Positions 13,581 through 27,552 of a stretch of DNA of 64,000 bases are shown here, piece by piece; positions within the stretch are counted from its first letter, which is position 1; every line of letters begins with the position of its first letter. The position numbers and the translations under genes were made by a program. The stretch spans positions 276,582,001-276,646,000 of the forward strand of contig OZ024742.1 in NCBI GenBank assembly GCA_964016885.1, written 5' to 3'. Below the pieces are notes generated by a model that ran no database searches, was not told the origin of the DNA, and was given only the letters and a program-made list of their open reading frames with translations. The DNA comes from Eledone cirrhosa. Its lineage: Eukaryota.

Positions 13581-14893
13581 TTGAGGAAAAACCACGGGTT
13601 TGTTCTATCAATAAAAGGCAAAGTTGTCAATAGGATTTTAAACAGTGAAGATCTGATTCAGCAACACTGTCCCACAAAATGGAAAACGAAAGAAAGGCAA
13701 ACAGAAACCAGGCTATGTGAAGTATATTCCTGGTTGCCTTAGGTATGACATCCAATTTGAAGAGTGAAATAGGTGAAGCTGCCAAGGCTGAGGCTGCTTC
13801 TCATTTCCCTACACCAGGATGAGATGGAGCCGACTTCTATATATTCTGTCTTGTCTAAGTAATCACCATGTTAAAATAATAGCATAGTAACCAAAGCTGG
13901 ACAAAACCTACGTACACTGACTTCATGGTTAATGTTATAAAGGAGAGTTGAAAAACGTCTATTCTCAGTAGAAGAACTTATTCCAACATTGAATAACAGA
14001 TGTTAAACCAATGACGATGATAACTGTGATCGCAATGACTGCATATGTTCCATTAATAGAGCAGCTTTTATACTTGAATCTTTCTAATCTTTTGTACTTG
14101 AATCAAAAGCTGTTTGCTTACTGGCTAGAAATACTGCACTATTGATAGCATTATTTGCAAAGTATTGAATTTTTGCTTTTTCCTTTCTTATTTGACAAAT
14201 TTTTCTTTCTTGTTTCTAAGTAACTGTATAGGTCACAACTATTAATTGGCTATAATCCACTTCATATTGGCAGTTTTAATATTCTGTTTTTATGCTTTAA
14301 GGTTCCTGCTATGAATATCCTAAAATGTACTTAATTATCATTACACAATGAGTTTTACTCTTGTATTTAATGAAATTATTGAAGGAGCCATATACTTATA
14401 TTAAATTGTTTACTATTTTAGCTCTTTGGCGATAATGTGCAGGAAAACAGGCTGGCTAGTATTGAATTCAAACTGTTTCCTTTGCAACAACCTGAGGTGT
14501 TAGGAAGGGCATCCAGCCATAGAAAGCTTGCCAAACAAGGGGTTTGGAGGATCCTTCAATTTGTGTCAAAAGATATCTTCTCTACACTTGATAATGACCA
14601 TACATAAGCGGGAGACAGACCTCCTTGACCTGTCTGGGATGTCAGTAGCCCCGTTTGATGATGATGATGATGAATCTGTTTGCCTCCCTTAAAATGACCA
14701 CTTGTATTTAACAGTTGAGTGGCTACAATATAAAATATAGAGCAAAACAAATAGTTATTCATGATAGAAATATATGTAGCAGTTGTTATAGTAAAAAGAA
14801 CATTATACTTAAAATAAGTTAAATTCAGCTAATGGGATGAATTTGATTCTTTGCCTTTGAAAAAGTTGAATTCTTTTTGTTTTGGTTGTGATC

Positions 14894-15030
14894 TCTGGTG
14901 TCTTCAGTCCCCAAGCAGCTATTTTTCTTTGCAAAATTGGGAGGAAATAGCCTCATGAGGTGGAGCAACTGATGCAGCAGGTGTTGTTAACTATTCTCCA
15001 TGGCAATGCCATCCTCATTTTGACCTTGGG
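14894..15030 (+). mobile_element. CRE-like REL C-terminal remnant (second copy)
   Basis: Translates SGVFSPQAAIFLCKIGRK*PHEVEQLMQQVLLTILHGNAILILT, which aligns with the end of the 7493-7849 ORF. Confidence 0.6.
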
Positions 15031-15168
15031 GCACAGCTGAGATATACAGCCAGGACTGAGGTGTAGTCTGCCACGCCCTACTTTCATTATTTAATTTTTT
15101 TTTTTATTGCGAACATTTGAGGAAATGTTTGTTTCATTCATTGAGTAATATGTTTGTTTTATAAGCAA

Positions 15169-15999
15169 CTAGCAGAATGGCCCGGCGTTGCTCGGGATTC
15201 TAAACATAGATTGGCATGTTTATCCCTCCTTTCTGAAACAGTTTCGTCGTATGTTTACCAATTGATGCAGAAATCCTAATAAAAAGTGAAGTCGCCTTGG
15301 GTGAATAGGCAAATAATTTTCCATTAAGATTTTTCAAAAGCATGTAATTGCGTTCCCTCTCTTTTTTGTTGTTGTTTTTGCTGCTGTCGAACCTTGTGAA
15401 ATAAATATGTTTGTTTATATTTTGTTATTGTGTATGCAAAAATATCTGTACACGAATATATAATTATATATATATATTAAATTAACAGATTAAAGTTTAA
15501 GCAAAGAATCGCTGCTTTCACCCTTAACGGGATCTTCTGAAACTAAAAAAAATCAATCTGTGAACGCAGAAGTAAATATTTCGAAAAGCGTTACACACTA
15601 TATATATATATATGTACACACACTATATATACATATATACACACACTATATATACATATATACACACACTATATATACATATATACACACACTATATATA
15701 CATATATACACACACACAGATAGTGTCATAATGTCGTAATGCAGACAGCCAGGCATACAGACAGGTATTATAAGAGCGTAACGTCATAGCTATGTATCTA
15801 TCTTAAAAGACAGACTAAGAAAAAGAGAGAGAGATCACTAGATCGCCTAATGCGGTCCCTAGGGCATTGAAAATTTTAAATAATTTTTGCTCACACGACC
15901 ATAACTATTACATGTGTAAAGTTTGAAAAAAATTGGTTGGGTGGTTCACGAGTTTTAGGGAGTCAGACAGACCGACATTCTCTGTTTTAGATATATAGA
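15169..15999 (-). mobile_element. Non-autonomous Helitron
   Basis: On the minus strand it begins A^TC (TCTATATATCTAAAAC) and ends CTAG^T, with a subterminal GC hairpin cccggcgttgctcggg (15181-15196) about 10 nt from the 3' end, an AT insertion site and an internal microsatellite. Confidence 0.88.
15615..15706. repeat. 23-bp minisatellite x4 inside the Helitron
   Basis: tacacacactatatatacatata repeated at 15615, 15638, 15661 and 15684. Confidence 0.9.
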
Positions 16000-16288
16000 T
16001 ATTCACTTACCTATTTATCAATGTCATATCTTATTAACGTTAATAAAGTACACGTAATAACAAATATTACTGTATTACATATAAACACACACATACACTG
16101 TCAATATAAATACATATGCATAAATTATCATCGTGGTTTTTACATGGTTTTCCTCATTGTCATTAACTGGATAGGATTTTTTGAGGCAGTCTTTACAGCC
16201 AAATGTCTTGTTACCAGTGCTTATCTTTTTGTATGTATCTCTCTTTTTATCTATCTATATATGTATGTACACACACACACATATATAT

Positions 16289-16778
16289 ATATAATTGAAT
16301 ATAAAAGAGAGATAAACACATATATGTGTTCAAATCGTAAGGGACTAGATTCGCTAGGGTGAAAAAAAATACTAACTATGAACAATAGGGTTTGAAAGAC
16401 TCAATTTAAAAGAATAAATTAAGAAATGAAATACAAACCAAAATTGCGACAACTGTCAGACACCCAGACAGCTTTTGGTAATGCTGTTTCATAAATTTAG
16501 TGATAGAGAATTACCAATTCTTTTGCTCATCAGTGCGCGTGAAATTAGTAAACCCTTCACTTCTAAGTATCTCAGAAGACTGAATAGTGGGCATATATAA
16601 AATAACGCACATGGCATCAGAACCTAGCGAATCTAGTCCATTACGATTTGAACACATATATGTATATATCTGTGTTTATCTCTTTTATATTCAATTATAT
16701 TACACAGCCCGGAAAAATTTCTTTCCGTGAGCTATTTAATTGTAAGAGACTATTTTGAGTTTCTAACTCAATATATAC
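16289..16778. mobile_element. Penelope-like (pLTR/retrozyme-type) insertion with ~70-bp inverted repeat
   Basis: Arm 16289-16358 is the reverse complement of 16623-16700 apart from small indels. The spacer carries a hammerhead, an ~80-nt unpaired extension follows the right arm, and the left end abuts (TA)n. Confidence 0.7.
16461..16539 (-). ncRNA. Type I hammerhead ribozyme
   Basis: Minus: cgcgca-CTGATGA-gca...tat-GAAA-cagc-attaccaaaa-gctg-TC-tgggtg. Complete core, perfect 4-bp stem III, GUC cleavage triplet, stem I 5/6 pairs, weakened stem II base. Confidence 0.8.
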
Positions 16779-17047
16779 CTTTTCATCATCATTATCATTT
16801 TACGTCCGCTTTTCCCTGCTTTTCCCTGATTTCTTTTTTTTCCCCCTCGGTCTTCTCTCATAACTTCGTTTTGTTTAAAAGGCTCTCGCTAGTCCCTCTG
16901 TTAGTATTCATTCCCCTTTTTCCTTCCCACACACCACTATAGCCATTTGGACCAATCAAAACTCAGCAGCACAAATACATTTCACTCTAAACTCAATTTC
17001 TATGGCAAAAGCTGCTTCTTCTGCTACTATTACTACTAAACATTATT

Positions 17048-17250
17048 AAGGGCTGGTTGGTGGATTGGCAGTATTGGTAGAGGCGTCGGACGCCATGCTT
17101 TGACGCATAGAGTTACAGCCCTTGCCATTCTGAGTTCAAATCCCGCTGAGGTTAACTTTGCCTTTCATCCTTACGGGGTCGATAAAATAAAGTACCAGTA
17201 ATGTACTGGGTAATTACTGGCCTGTGCCAAAAGTAGAAACAATTATTAAG
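17048..17250 (+). mobile_element. tRNA-derived SINE with Deu/Nin-like domain and (TTA)n tail
   Basis: tggattggcagtattggtagag A-box, gagttcaaatcccgc B-box, gcctttcatccttacggggtcgataaaataaagtaccag central domain, ccaaaagtagaaacaattatta tail. Dozens of copies in the window. Confidence 0.85.
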
Positions 17251-17439
17251 GGCTGGTTGTTTTATATAATACATGGACTTCTGAACTGGAGAATTCCTAA
17301 AGATGAATTTAAATCCACCTCCTGTCTCTGGATGACCATAAAAATGGTCCTATTTATTTCAGGCATCAAAAACTCAAACATCTCTCACTCACCTCCCCAA
17401 GCTTTCATCTTCCTCTCACCCTTCCAATGAACTCCATAA

Positions 17440-18445
17440 CTTCAGAGCTGGTATCATCAATGTAGGCATGATGAAAGGATGATCACATGAGATTGTAGAG
17501 ATGCTTGAACGAAAGAAAGCTGCTAAGTCAAAACCATTCTATGTGGGTGTCCAACCTCACCAAGAGTGCATTCTGTCACCTATCCTGTTCATAATTTTCA
17601 TGAACAGGATTGATATGCATAGCTAGGTTGGAGGTGGTATCAAAACTGGCAGGTGTGGGATCAGTAGACTGGAATTTGCAGATGACCTGATTCTACTTAA
17701 CTTGTCAGAAGGTAATCTCCGACATGTACTGGATAGGTTTGCTGCCTAACGCTACAGAGTAAGTATGAAAATCAGTGCTGCAAAGATTGAGACACTCGTC
17801 TTCTTAAGAAAGCCTGAGTAGTGCACTCTTCATGTGAGTGGATTTACATTGAAGCAAATGGAGAAGTTCAAGTATCTTAGGGCCTGTTTTCATGTGTGAT
17901 GGAAGGCATGGAGCTAAATTAAGTGTAAGAATTTCAGGAGCTGGTGCAATAATACACCAGCTTCAGCATTCGGTCATTAGTAGAAGAAAGGTAGGTGTAA
18001 AAGCCAAACTTGCTATCTTTAATTTGGTATTCATGCCAACCCTTACCTATGGTCATAGTTCTTAGGTAATGACTAAAAGAATATGATCACAAATACAAAC
18101 AGCTGAAATGAGGGTCGTCCGAAGGGTCTTTGGAGTAACGTTATTTGGTAGAGTACATAGATTGGAGATCCGGAGAGTCACTCTTGGTAATGCCATTACT
18201 TCTCCAAATTGTGAGATCACTGCTCTGATATTACAGACATATTGGTCAGAATGTCTAAAGAAAGAATAGCTGGACAGATTTTACTGGCAAGAGACCCAAG
18301 GGTTGACTCTAAGCAAGATGGTTGGATAACATCTATCAGCTTGGCTGGTCTCACTTAGGGATCCAGTCAGATCATTGGAGAGAGTTGCTTCTGACAGAAC
18401 TCACTGGAAGGTATGTCTGAGGATTCTGCCTCCATCACCCTCTCT
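17440..18445 (+). mobile_element. RTE-clade (Expander/Rex3-like) LINE remnant
   Basis: EN N-terminal RAGIINVGMMKG..EIVEMLER joined to RT SKPFYVGV...CILSPILFIIFMNRID...LEFADDLILL...EKFKYL and the 3' end; contains stops and frameshifts. Confidence 0.85.
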
Positions 18446-21400
18446 GTGGGCAAAGAAGAAGAGTTTTCTGGAGTAATATGCATTATTAAGAGAATTGTAG
18501 GGAGGCAAGGGATAATAGGTGGTATTCATGCTTCTTTAAAATTTTACTACGAAATGCAGTCCAGAGCAATGGACTGGCAAAATTGTTAGTGTTGGATGAG
18601 ATATCTTCTTTGTTTTGGCTCTTTGTATTCTGAGTTCTTGTGTAGTAGCAAACTTAATCCATTGCCTAGTTTAATATCAGAACCCTTAAACGATTTTTCA
18701 AAAATCTTGGAACCCATATCTATATTTTACAGACAATCCCAACTGTTCTAATTTTAATAAGATATTAGTTAAATTAAAAATTGTTTTAGAAAGAGATTTT
18801 TTTCATATTTAAAAAATATATCCATAAGAAATTTTTATTAAGTTTTATTAAAAGGTACTATTATCTATTCAAACCAACTTTGGGAAAGACTTATATACCA
18901 ACGGTTTACTGTGCTGTTGGTAAACAATACGGGAATGAAATAGACTTCTATTAGTTTCAATGACGAGTTGTTTGATCAATGAAGAACAGCCTTCTTGCGA
19001 AATTAACATTCCACAGGCATGTGTACTCTTAACGTAATTCTCAGGGAGATTCATTTGAATTTCAATTACAGTTCATCTGATAGGTTTCCCAACAATTTCT
19101 ATTTCACTCACAAGGCTTGGGTCAACTTGAGGCTATGGTAAATGACACTTGCCATAGAGAATACTATAGTTTTAATGGTACACTATTAATAATGCAGCAT
19201 ACTATGTGACTGTCAGTTTTACTTGGAATTTGGATAAATAATTATTCTTTTATTTGGCATTTTCATTCACACTGCTTACCAAATTGTGGTTGTTGTTATT
19301 GTAGTAGCTGTTATCTGTATTTGTTTTGGATGGGCCTTGTTCTTTATTTTTGTCACTTATTTATAAGGTTGTTTTTATCATCACCATCATCCTCATCACC
19401 ACCACCACCACCACCACCATTAATGTCATTGCACATCTTTCCCCATATTTCTGGCCCTGTGCTTATGTTAGAAATATTTTATAATTATTATTATTACATT
19501 TGGCAGAAATGGTAGACTATTGAGCAACATGCTGTATTTTATCTTTCATGACTGTGTTCAAATTCCACTAGGATTTTATGGGCACTGGCATGGCTATGGT
19601 TAAGAAATTTGATTTGCAATCACAAAATTTCCAGTTTGTCATCTGCTTGCTACCAACCCATGGGAGGAAAATTTAGTTGATGGAAACTGTACAGAATCCC
19701 ATCAGATATGTTCTTGGTGGGTGGTAGACCTAACTTTTTTAGTGGACTTCATGTGGACCAAGTGTGGGTTTGGTTTGAGGAAAACTAAACATCTTGGTGT
19801 GCTGTGCCTTATTGCAACAATGTATGCATGGTGAATTGGTAGAGTTATTAAAGCATCCTTTCACCTTACAGGGTCGATAAAATAAAGTACCAGTAATACA
19901 CTGGGATAATTGCTGGCCTTGTGCCAAAAGTAGAAACAATTATGGTATTTGTGTTCAAAATTCATATCCCATTGTGGCCTACATGGGTGGTAGATGTAAT
20001 CCATAGCTCAGTTTAACACCACCAGCATCTAGCCCTGGGTGCCTTTATCTGAGTCCTCTCTGTTGCAATCCCCCATTAGTCTTGGAGGCCCTGAAAAAGG
20101 CTATTGACACTACCCTTCTCTCCATGACTAAACAGTAAATAAATAATTTATAGCCCAAATGTGTGATCAAGTGAAACAGACTAAAACTTTGATTGTTTTG
20201 TCTGCTTTTTAAGAACTGAATTCACTAATCTACTCTTGTGTTGTAAGATGTCACACTATGACCTTAGGTAATGTATAATGCCAACAACAGCAATCTCAAG
20301 GTTGTTAACTAAATGTCTGGATAGTAAACTGAATGTCTGGCAATTTTTTTTTCTTTCGTATTATGAAATGTGAGTGTGAGAAAGAATGTTTTAATCTTCT
20401 GACTCCAAGAGGAAAAGATAGTAGAATGTAATTTTCCACATATTGGATGATATTTATTTTATCTACTATAGCTCATTGAAAGATTCAAGCTTCTTCCTAA
20501 CAAAACAGAGTTGGACATGCAGACACCATTGTGAAGCAAAACTCAACATTATACATTATTTGTTTATGGTTTAGTCAAAGGAAGAAGGTGCAATGGACCA
20601 GTTGGGGGTGTTGAATTGTTAGACCATGCAGTGTATGACCCCCCCCCCCCACACACACAAAAAAACAACAACAAAAATCTCTTTTCCTCACGACTATGAG
20701 AGAAGATATCTTCCCAAGGTGTTGCACACTAAGATTGAACACACCGCACATACACACACACAAATTTTGTTACCACTTGAAAGATTGCATTAAGCAATAA
20801 TATCAGAGTAGCCTTTGAACAAATAAATATACTCCAAACTCTTAAAAACCTGTGTGTGTGCGTACACGCGCACACCATCATCAGCATTGTGTAATGTCTA
20901 TTTCTTATACTTGCATGTATTAGATGAAGCTGACCAATCAAGTGACCACGTCTAACTCATATGTTTCATTTTTGGCATGGTTTCTATGGCTGGATGCCCT
21001 TCCTAATGCCAACCACTTTACAGTGTATATTGGGAGCATTTCACCATAGCACCAGCACTACTATTTTACAGAGTGGCCTAGGTACATTTTATCATGGCAC
21101 CAGCACTACCCTATTATAACATTAGGGTGCTAGTTGTAATTGTGTTAAAATAGATAGATATAGGAGTGTCTCAACAAATTTCTGGATTCAGCTGATCAAG
21201 ATCTCATCAACTGAAGTGGAGCTATACTGCTAGCATTTTCCAACATATCAGTGGAGTATGGAACAACAAACGCAGAGCCACTTCCTCTCAAGGGAAGCTC
21301 AATAATTTGGCAATGTATGGGCAGGCTGCCAGAAGATGCATGGAAAGATGGTTGAAGTGCATGTAAACTGAAGGTGGTTATGTTTGTATGGAGATTATCC

Positions 21401-21982
21401 AAGCTAGCTTGTATAATATACACACACACTCACACACACACACATTCATTCACACACACAAGTTTTCAACTAAATATATGTCTTATAACTAAATGTCATA
21501 TGTTTAAAAGATAGTCAGCTATGTAAATAGTGCTGTAAATATGATGAAGGATTTTAAATTAGATGGTTAAATGGTTGCACTAGAATCATGTAGTAAAGCA
21601 GCATGCTCTACATAGGCTAGGTGCTCTTGTTGTTTAACTGTGGTAGAAGTTTTAGCTTCAAGTCACCACTTTTTCAGTATTCTTTCTAATTGTACTAAAC
21701 TTGGATTTTTTTCTTTAACAAATTAGTTAGGATATGAAGGACTGTGCTCATGACCTTTTGCAGGTCTTCAGGGAGTTATCTTCAAATCAGAGACTCAACC
21801 TGAGGTTTCAATAGAGTGGACACCAATAAAGTCATCCAAGGGCCAGAAATTGGTTGAGGGATTATATCTGCCATATGCTGTTTTGTAACCATTTCAGTTC
21901 CGTGGGAAATGCTATTGGCACTCCAAAGTTAACAGTGATAGCTAAATTTAACATTTTTAAGTTTGTGTGTAATTTATTTGAG

Positions 21983-22028
<46 letters not shown>

Positions 22029-22030
22029 AC
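21983..22030. repeat. Poly(C) run followed by (CA)n
   Basis: About 32 consecutive C; similar runs at 23637-23661 and 61853-61868. Confidence 0.9.
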
Positions 22031-22804
22031 CCGTACTATACTTGTTTCCAGTCATGGCTTATATGAAGGCGTACCTGGAATTGTATTCTGGAGTGCTTTT
22101 CTGTGCATGATGTCTAACATTTTATTTGGGAATAAATGGGATTTATGTTGTTCGTGTGTTCTTGTAAATGAAGTGAAACTGGATTTAACTAAGAATTGAA
22201 CATCAATCACAAACTTAGCTGAAAACACAGCTATATTAACTTACTTAAAAAAATAAATGTATCAATATTTCATGGGTAAACAACATGCATGAACTTGTGA
22301 ATGAGAACTTGTGTACCATTGGAAGCATTACTGTGTATATTCGGTTTAAGTTTTATAGAGTAACTAACTAAATTGCTTATCTAAATAGAATAAAAGCAAA
22401 TACACACACACTAGCATAGTATCCTTCAAAAGTGACGGGGTTTCTAGTAAAAAAAAATCTAATTTAATAATTCCTTGATCACAGCATTCTATGTAAAGAT
22501 GTTTGAAGCCTCAATTTTCCTTGACATTTCTTGACACACTGGTCATCACCATATTTCATTTTACATTCATTTAAATCAATTACAATAATTTTCTTCCATA
22601 TTTTCTTTAAACCTGTGCACTAATTTATTTATTCTATCTATCTACCTATCTATCTTCTGACTGCTATTAGAATTTGTTTTTATTGTTGTTCTTGTCCAAA
22701 AATAGATACATCTATCAGGCAGACAGACAGAGCAGTAGGTATGTAGGTAGATAGATTGAAAGAAAGAGTGATAGATAGACAGATTGCTAAACAGACAGAT
22801 AGAT

Positions 22805-22890
22805 AGATTTCTTTATTAGCCACAAGGGCGCAACAAGAAAGGGGACAATACAAAGACATGCCGGGGATTTTACATACAGTCGTGTAAAAC
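22805..22890 (-). mobile_element. 3' end of a Tx1/L1-like LINE inserted in a (GATA/GACA)n microsatellite
   Basis: Minus: ...tctttgtattgtcccctttcttgttgcgcccttgtggctAATAAAgaaatctatctat, a polyA signal directly before the microsatellite. Clade assignment is from memory. Confidence 0.45.
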
Positions 22891-24841
22891 AGACAGATAG
22901 ATAGACAGTTAAGTAGATAGATGTTTTTTTTTATTGTCCTAAGATAGATAAATAGTAAAGGATAGCAGTAGTTGACACTGACCTGCTTGTCAACGCAGAG
23001 AGTGAAAGTTAGGTAAGGAGGAAGACCCGAAATTAACATATTCCTGTCAAAGTTAGTGTTTTCTTTTAATGATATATATATATATATATCATCTTCATCA
23101 TCTAATGCCTGTTTTCCATGCTGGCAAGAGCTAGACAGATCATAGACCAAGCTAGTACTTAATCAGAGTTACTGACTCCTCAGGCAGGCTGGGGTGACAT
23201 CTTGCTAATATACTTTCTTGTATACTACAGGGTGCATCGGGTGCATTTTATCACCGCACCAGCACTAGGAAAGTTGTCATATCTTTAACAGAAACAAAAG
23301 TCCTCGCAACTCTTTGTTGTGTAGGTTATCTAAGGCTGAATGCCTATCCTATCACGAACAACTTTACAAATTGCATTTTATCATGTCAACAACACTAAAG
23401 AGCTTGTGCTTTTGACACAACTGAAGGGTCTTTTTGGCATGGTTTTTATGGTTTAATGCCCTTCCTATCATCAACCACCTTCCAAATTGTACTGGGTGCC
23501 TTTTTGGTAACATCAACACTAGAGAGGTTATCGTGTTGTGACTGAAGGGCTCTCTCAACACCAACCGCTTTACAGAGTGTATTGGTGCATTTTATTGATG
23601 CTCTAACACTAGGATGGTTTGTTTGTCTTTTGTTGCCCCCCCCCCCCCCCCCCCCCCCCCCGGAAGGTGATACGTATGATGTCATGGCTATATGGTAAGA
23701 AGTGGAGGAGTGAGAAAGTATGTCATAAGTGTGTGACAGGTGTGGTTGGATTTGACAGGGTGACAGGTACACACACGCTCATATTCAGAATGACTGCAAT
23801 ATCTTTATATTGATCTTTATAGTGTCTCTTAGTAAACAACACAACTGTATATATTTGTTTCCATCAGTTTGCAGGTGGTAAAATAACAGGTTATGGTTAT
23901 TGCAGTTAAAAACAATGTCTTTACTACTGTTGATTAGACATTTTGCCAATCAGCAGCAGTAACTTATGATAACAAAGTAGGCTATATTGAAGACCAGGTA
24001 GTTAACCCTGCAATCTATATTATCAACTGTTGCCATCGCCACAGCTGCTACTGCTCTTTAACTATAAGTAGTCAGAACCGGATTTTAAACAAAGAACAAA
24101 GCTAAGTGCTCTATTAACTCGAACCTCTATTAGTATAGTATATTGTTCATTATTATTATTATTATTAAAAAGCATTTCCTTTTGACATAAAGGAGGGCTT
24201 TGTTAGTTGGTGGGGTGGCTTGCTAATATATAGTAAACCTTAAAGACATTTGTTATCTTAATCAAGAATCTCCTCAGTAATACAGTTTTAACTACTTTGG
24301 TGGTGTCATATGATTTACTTAACCTCCTGTTTCAGAATGACACATGTTGCTTACATCCTTTTTAAGCAACCATTTTTATTTTATATTTTTCAATAGTTAT
24401 TCTACAGTAAATCCACATAGAATAAGTTAAAAGAATTAAGTGTTAAAATTTCAAAAGACAAAGGTGTCTACCAAATTCTTCAAAGAATAACCCAGCACAC
24501 ACTGTAAATGTGGTTGGCGTTAGGAAGGGCATCCAGCCGTAGAAAAACAACCAGAAACAGTCCTATATGAGCGAGACACGGCCATCCGACCCAACTTGTC
24601 TCAAATGAGACAAACCCGTCTAACCCATGCTAGCATGAAAGATAAACGTTAAATGATGATGATGATGATGATACTGAACTAACTGTCAGAAAAAAAAATA
24701 AGAAAGCTGTCTACAGAAAGAAGATACTCTCATGAGAGAGAAGGCTTTTTTGCTTTGGTCATGTGCATGCATGAGAGGATGAATGACTAAAGAAAATGCT
24801 GTTTTCAACTGTTCAGAAACTATGGGTAAATAACATCAATA

Positions 24842-25540
24842 GTGTTGTTGTTGTTTGTTGGTTGTCCATCGTAAACGATGATGACATCTTCTTTATTTTA
24901 GTTCCCGTCCGCCGTGGGCATGAAGGTGGATGTGGAGGCCGATCGGTGGAACGCCTGATCTTCTCTGTCATCCCAGGGTCAGGAGGAGAACGACTTGCGC
25001 ATCCAGGCTGCCCACGTGTGGGTTTGAGACTGGCAACTCCCAGAGGTTACCTCCACCTGTTACCCCGCCTCTTGCCTATCGCCGCAGGGCTTTGGGAGTG
25101 CACGCTAAAGAAGAAACCTGTGTGGGAAAGGTTTATAGTGGGAGGGCCAGTGCACAGTGACGGTTCCACTCACTCGGCCGCAGAAGCCAGAATCCGGTGG
25201 TACAGAGGACCGTCATGACTAGGGACTTCCTTGGCTGCAGTGGATGGCCACGATGTTTGTAGTGCTTTGTCGTGCCCTAGCACTCCACACCGCTTGCTGT
25301 CACCGCCTTCGTGACCATTGGGACGACCTTGTCCTCCTCCACTTACTCCAGTCTTCGCATGCAGGGGCAGGCATCTCCTATCTAACTCACCGGGGAGTTT
25401 CAGACTCATCCGGCTACCCTCAACCTGGTTCGGCCCGCCAGCCAAGGCGGTTTACCAGGGTGTGGCCGCTGTCGCATGCTACAGCTTCTTGGGGCCACAG
25501 GTGAGAGCTGAGTGTCAGGTGGGACCCAATGCAGGACGAG
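24842..25540 (-). mobile_element. Non-autonomous bipartite RTE-derived element (RTE 5'UTR fused to RTE 3' end)
   Basis: Minus strand ends with PIGLHIHLHAH (RTE C-terminal IGLHSHLRAH-like), a 3' hairpin catcgtttacgatg and a (CAA)n tail. The GC-rich body resembles BovB/AviRTE-type 5'UTRs; there is no RT. Confidence 0.7.
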
Positions 25541-25735
25541 CTGTGTCAGGTCACTCTTGCGTGCTACTGGTAACATGTAAACCAGTACAACCTGTCGCAT
25601 AGTCATCGTCGGCAACTAAACTGGCAACCCCACCAAGTTTACTTGGTGAGGAGGGTGATTTTGGACACCCTGCAGGACAAAAAACAAAACCTGACAAGAA
25701 GAAGAACTGATAAGAGTCAACGGCCATCCAAAAAT
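25540..25735 (+). mobile_element. RTE 5'UTR-like fragment, head-to-head with the previous element
   Basis: caactaaactggcaacccc...ggtgaggagggtgattttggacacc motif recalled from RTE 5'UTRs; ends before a (TA/TG)n tract. Confidence 0.5.
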
Positions 25736-27552
25736 GTGTAAATATGTATAAACACATGTACATATGTATGTGTATGTATATACGTGTGTGTGTATAATAG
25801 TGTTAGACTAGTACATTAAAAAGTTGATTGCAGTGGCATATAACTTTACTACACAAAAATGATAACTGGTCAGCCATTGTAGTACAAGAAAAATGTTTAG
25901 AAATGTCTTTATAATTAAGGTTTTTTGAAAGTAAATAATGAAGAATCATGTTTACTATTTAAAACTTGTGGAAGAGGAATGACACAGTAACATTCTCATC
26001 ATTGCTATTCAATATTGGTTGTATGTAGACTAATACCCTGGAAAAAGTGTTATAAAGTAAATTTTAGCTATACATTTACTGTCACCCTGTCAAATCCAAC
26101 CATACCTATCATACATTATTTACTATCAAAAAACCTTAATTATAAACACATTTCTAAACTTTTGGCTATAAATGAAATCTCCAACCTTAGATATGACTCA
26201 CATCATCCTTATCATCATTTTCCACTTGGTTTTCCATGTCAGCCTACTTGAAATCCCACAGTAACTTTTGACTACCCATAGTTTGCATTGAGTATCAATA
26301 TAGTATTCCAATCTATTTCTTTCCTGCATATTTGGCATGAACATTTCCTCAACAGTTTTGTTTTCTTTCCTGCTAGCTAGAACCTACAAATGCTTATTAA
26401 TACTACTAGCTTTTATGTTGAAAGTTCCTTCAAAGCTGTTGGCATTTCATGTACAAAACACTGAACATCTAAAACACTTAAACTACTCAGGTACTACTTT
26501 TGTGAAAATGTTCATTTAGGCTAACCATACCTTAATTTGGTGGTGGGAAATGCACCCCAAATCACACACTAAGTCATGCTTTTCTCTAATTTAATGATCA
26601 TTATATGTGATTAAATCACAATATCCAACACCACAAGTATTATGAGTGTTGAAGAGTTAATTCTTATTGCCTCTGTTTAAGTAGCATTAGAATAACTATC
26701 AGACTTGCAAATATATTTGTAATAACTTCCTATCCTGGTGAGTGTGGTGAAATGTTTGTTTCTTATCCACACAATACAACAGAAACCTATATTTATATAC
26801 TAGCTCTATGAACACCTGTTGTTTATGAAAGAAATCTTTATTTTTTATACTGCTCAGTCCAGTGTAACCTGGCTGTCAGTACTTAAAAAGCTTTTTGAAA
26901 CCTTCACCCAATTTGGTACCATTTAGGCTTGACACTTCAGTAGTTTTAATGATCTGATAGAAACTGGTTTTTTATGGCCTAAATTACCACAATGTGCGCA
27001 CGCACACACACACACACACAAACACACACATGTTCAATATTCACAAAGTTTTTGAAAGTCAGCTTTTTATTTGTTACCTCGCACTCAAGTGGAATAAACA
27101 ATCTAGCCAAATGAGTTGAGAAGTCATCAGAGATATTAACAGATATGTTCAGGAAAGGTGATTAAGCTGGTATGAAAATGTAAATTTGAATGAATAATAA
27201 ATGGTGGGTGAAAAAAGTCATAATTTGATAAAGAGTTCCCTATGTAAAGGAAAACCTAAGAAGTGGTAATATCAGACCCGAGAGCATTGTATCTCACAGA
27301 AAAGGTGATATGACTGTTGAACATACTCATCAACAACAACAACCAGTACTTTAAGACTATTTTCCTGGTTAAAGTAGGGGTTAGCTTCTTCATTTTGCTT
27401 TATCATCTAATCTTCCCTCAACAACTTCCATTCCTCCTCTACCATCTTTAGCCATACACTCCATGTCAATAAGGGTGGTGGTGGTTAGGCAATCATTGAA
27501 AAGGGTTGAAAACTACTAAGTTTGGCCTGTGCCCATTGTAGGAATAGATTAA

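Noticed and set aside
17060-17150. tRNA-like A/B boxes in SINE heads
   Set aside because: These are SINE promoters attached to SINE bodies; they do not form a complete cloverleaf tRNA gene.
24796-25615. Overlapping 70-140 aa ORFs in the GC-rich island
   Set aside because: Expected in GC-rich UTR-derived TE sequence; no recognisable domain.
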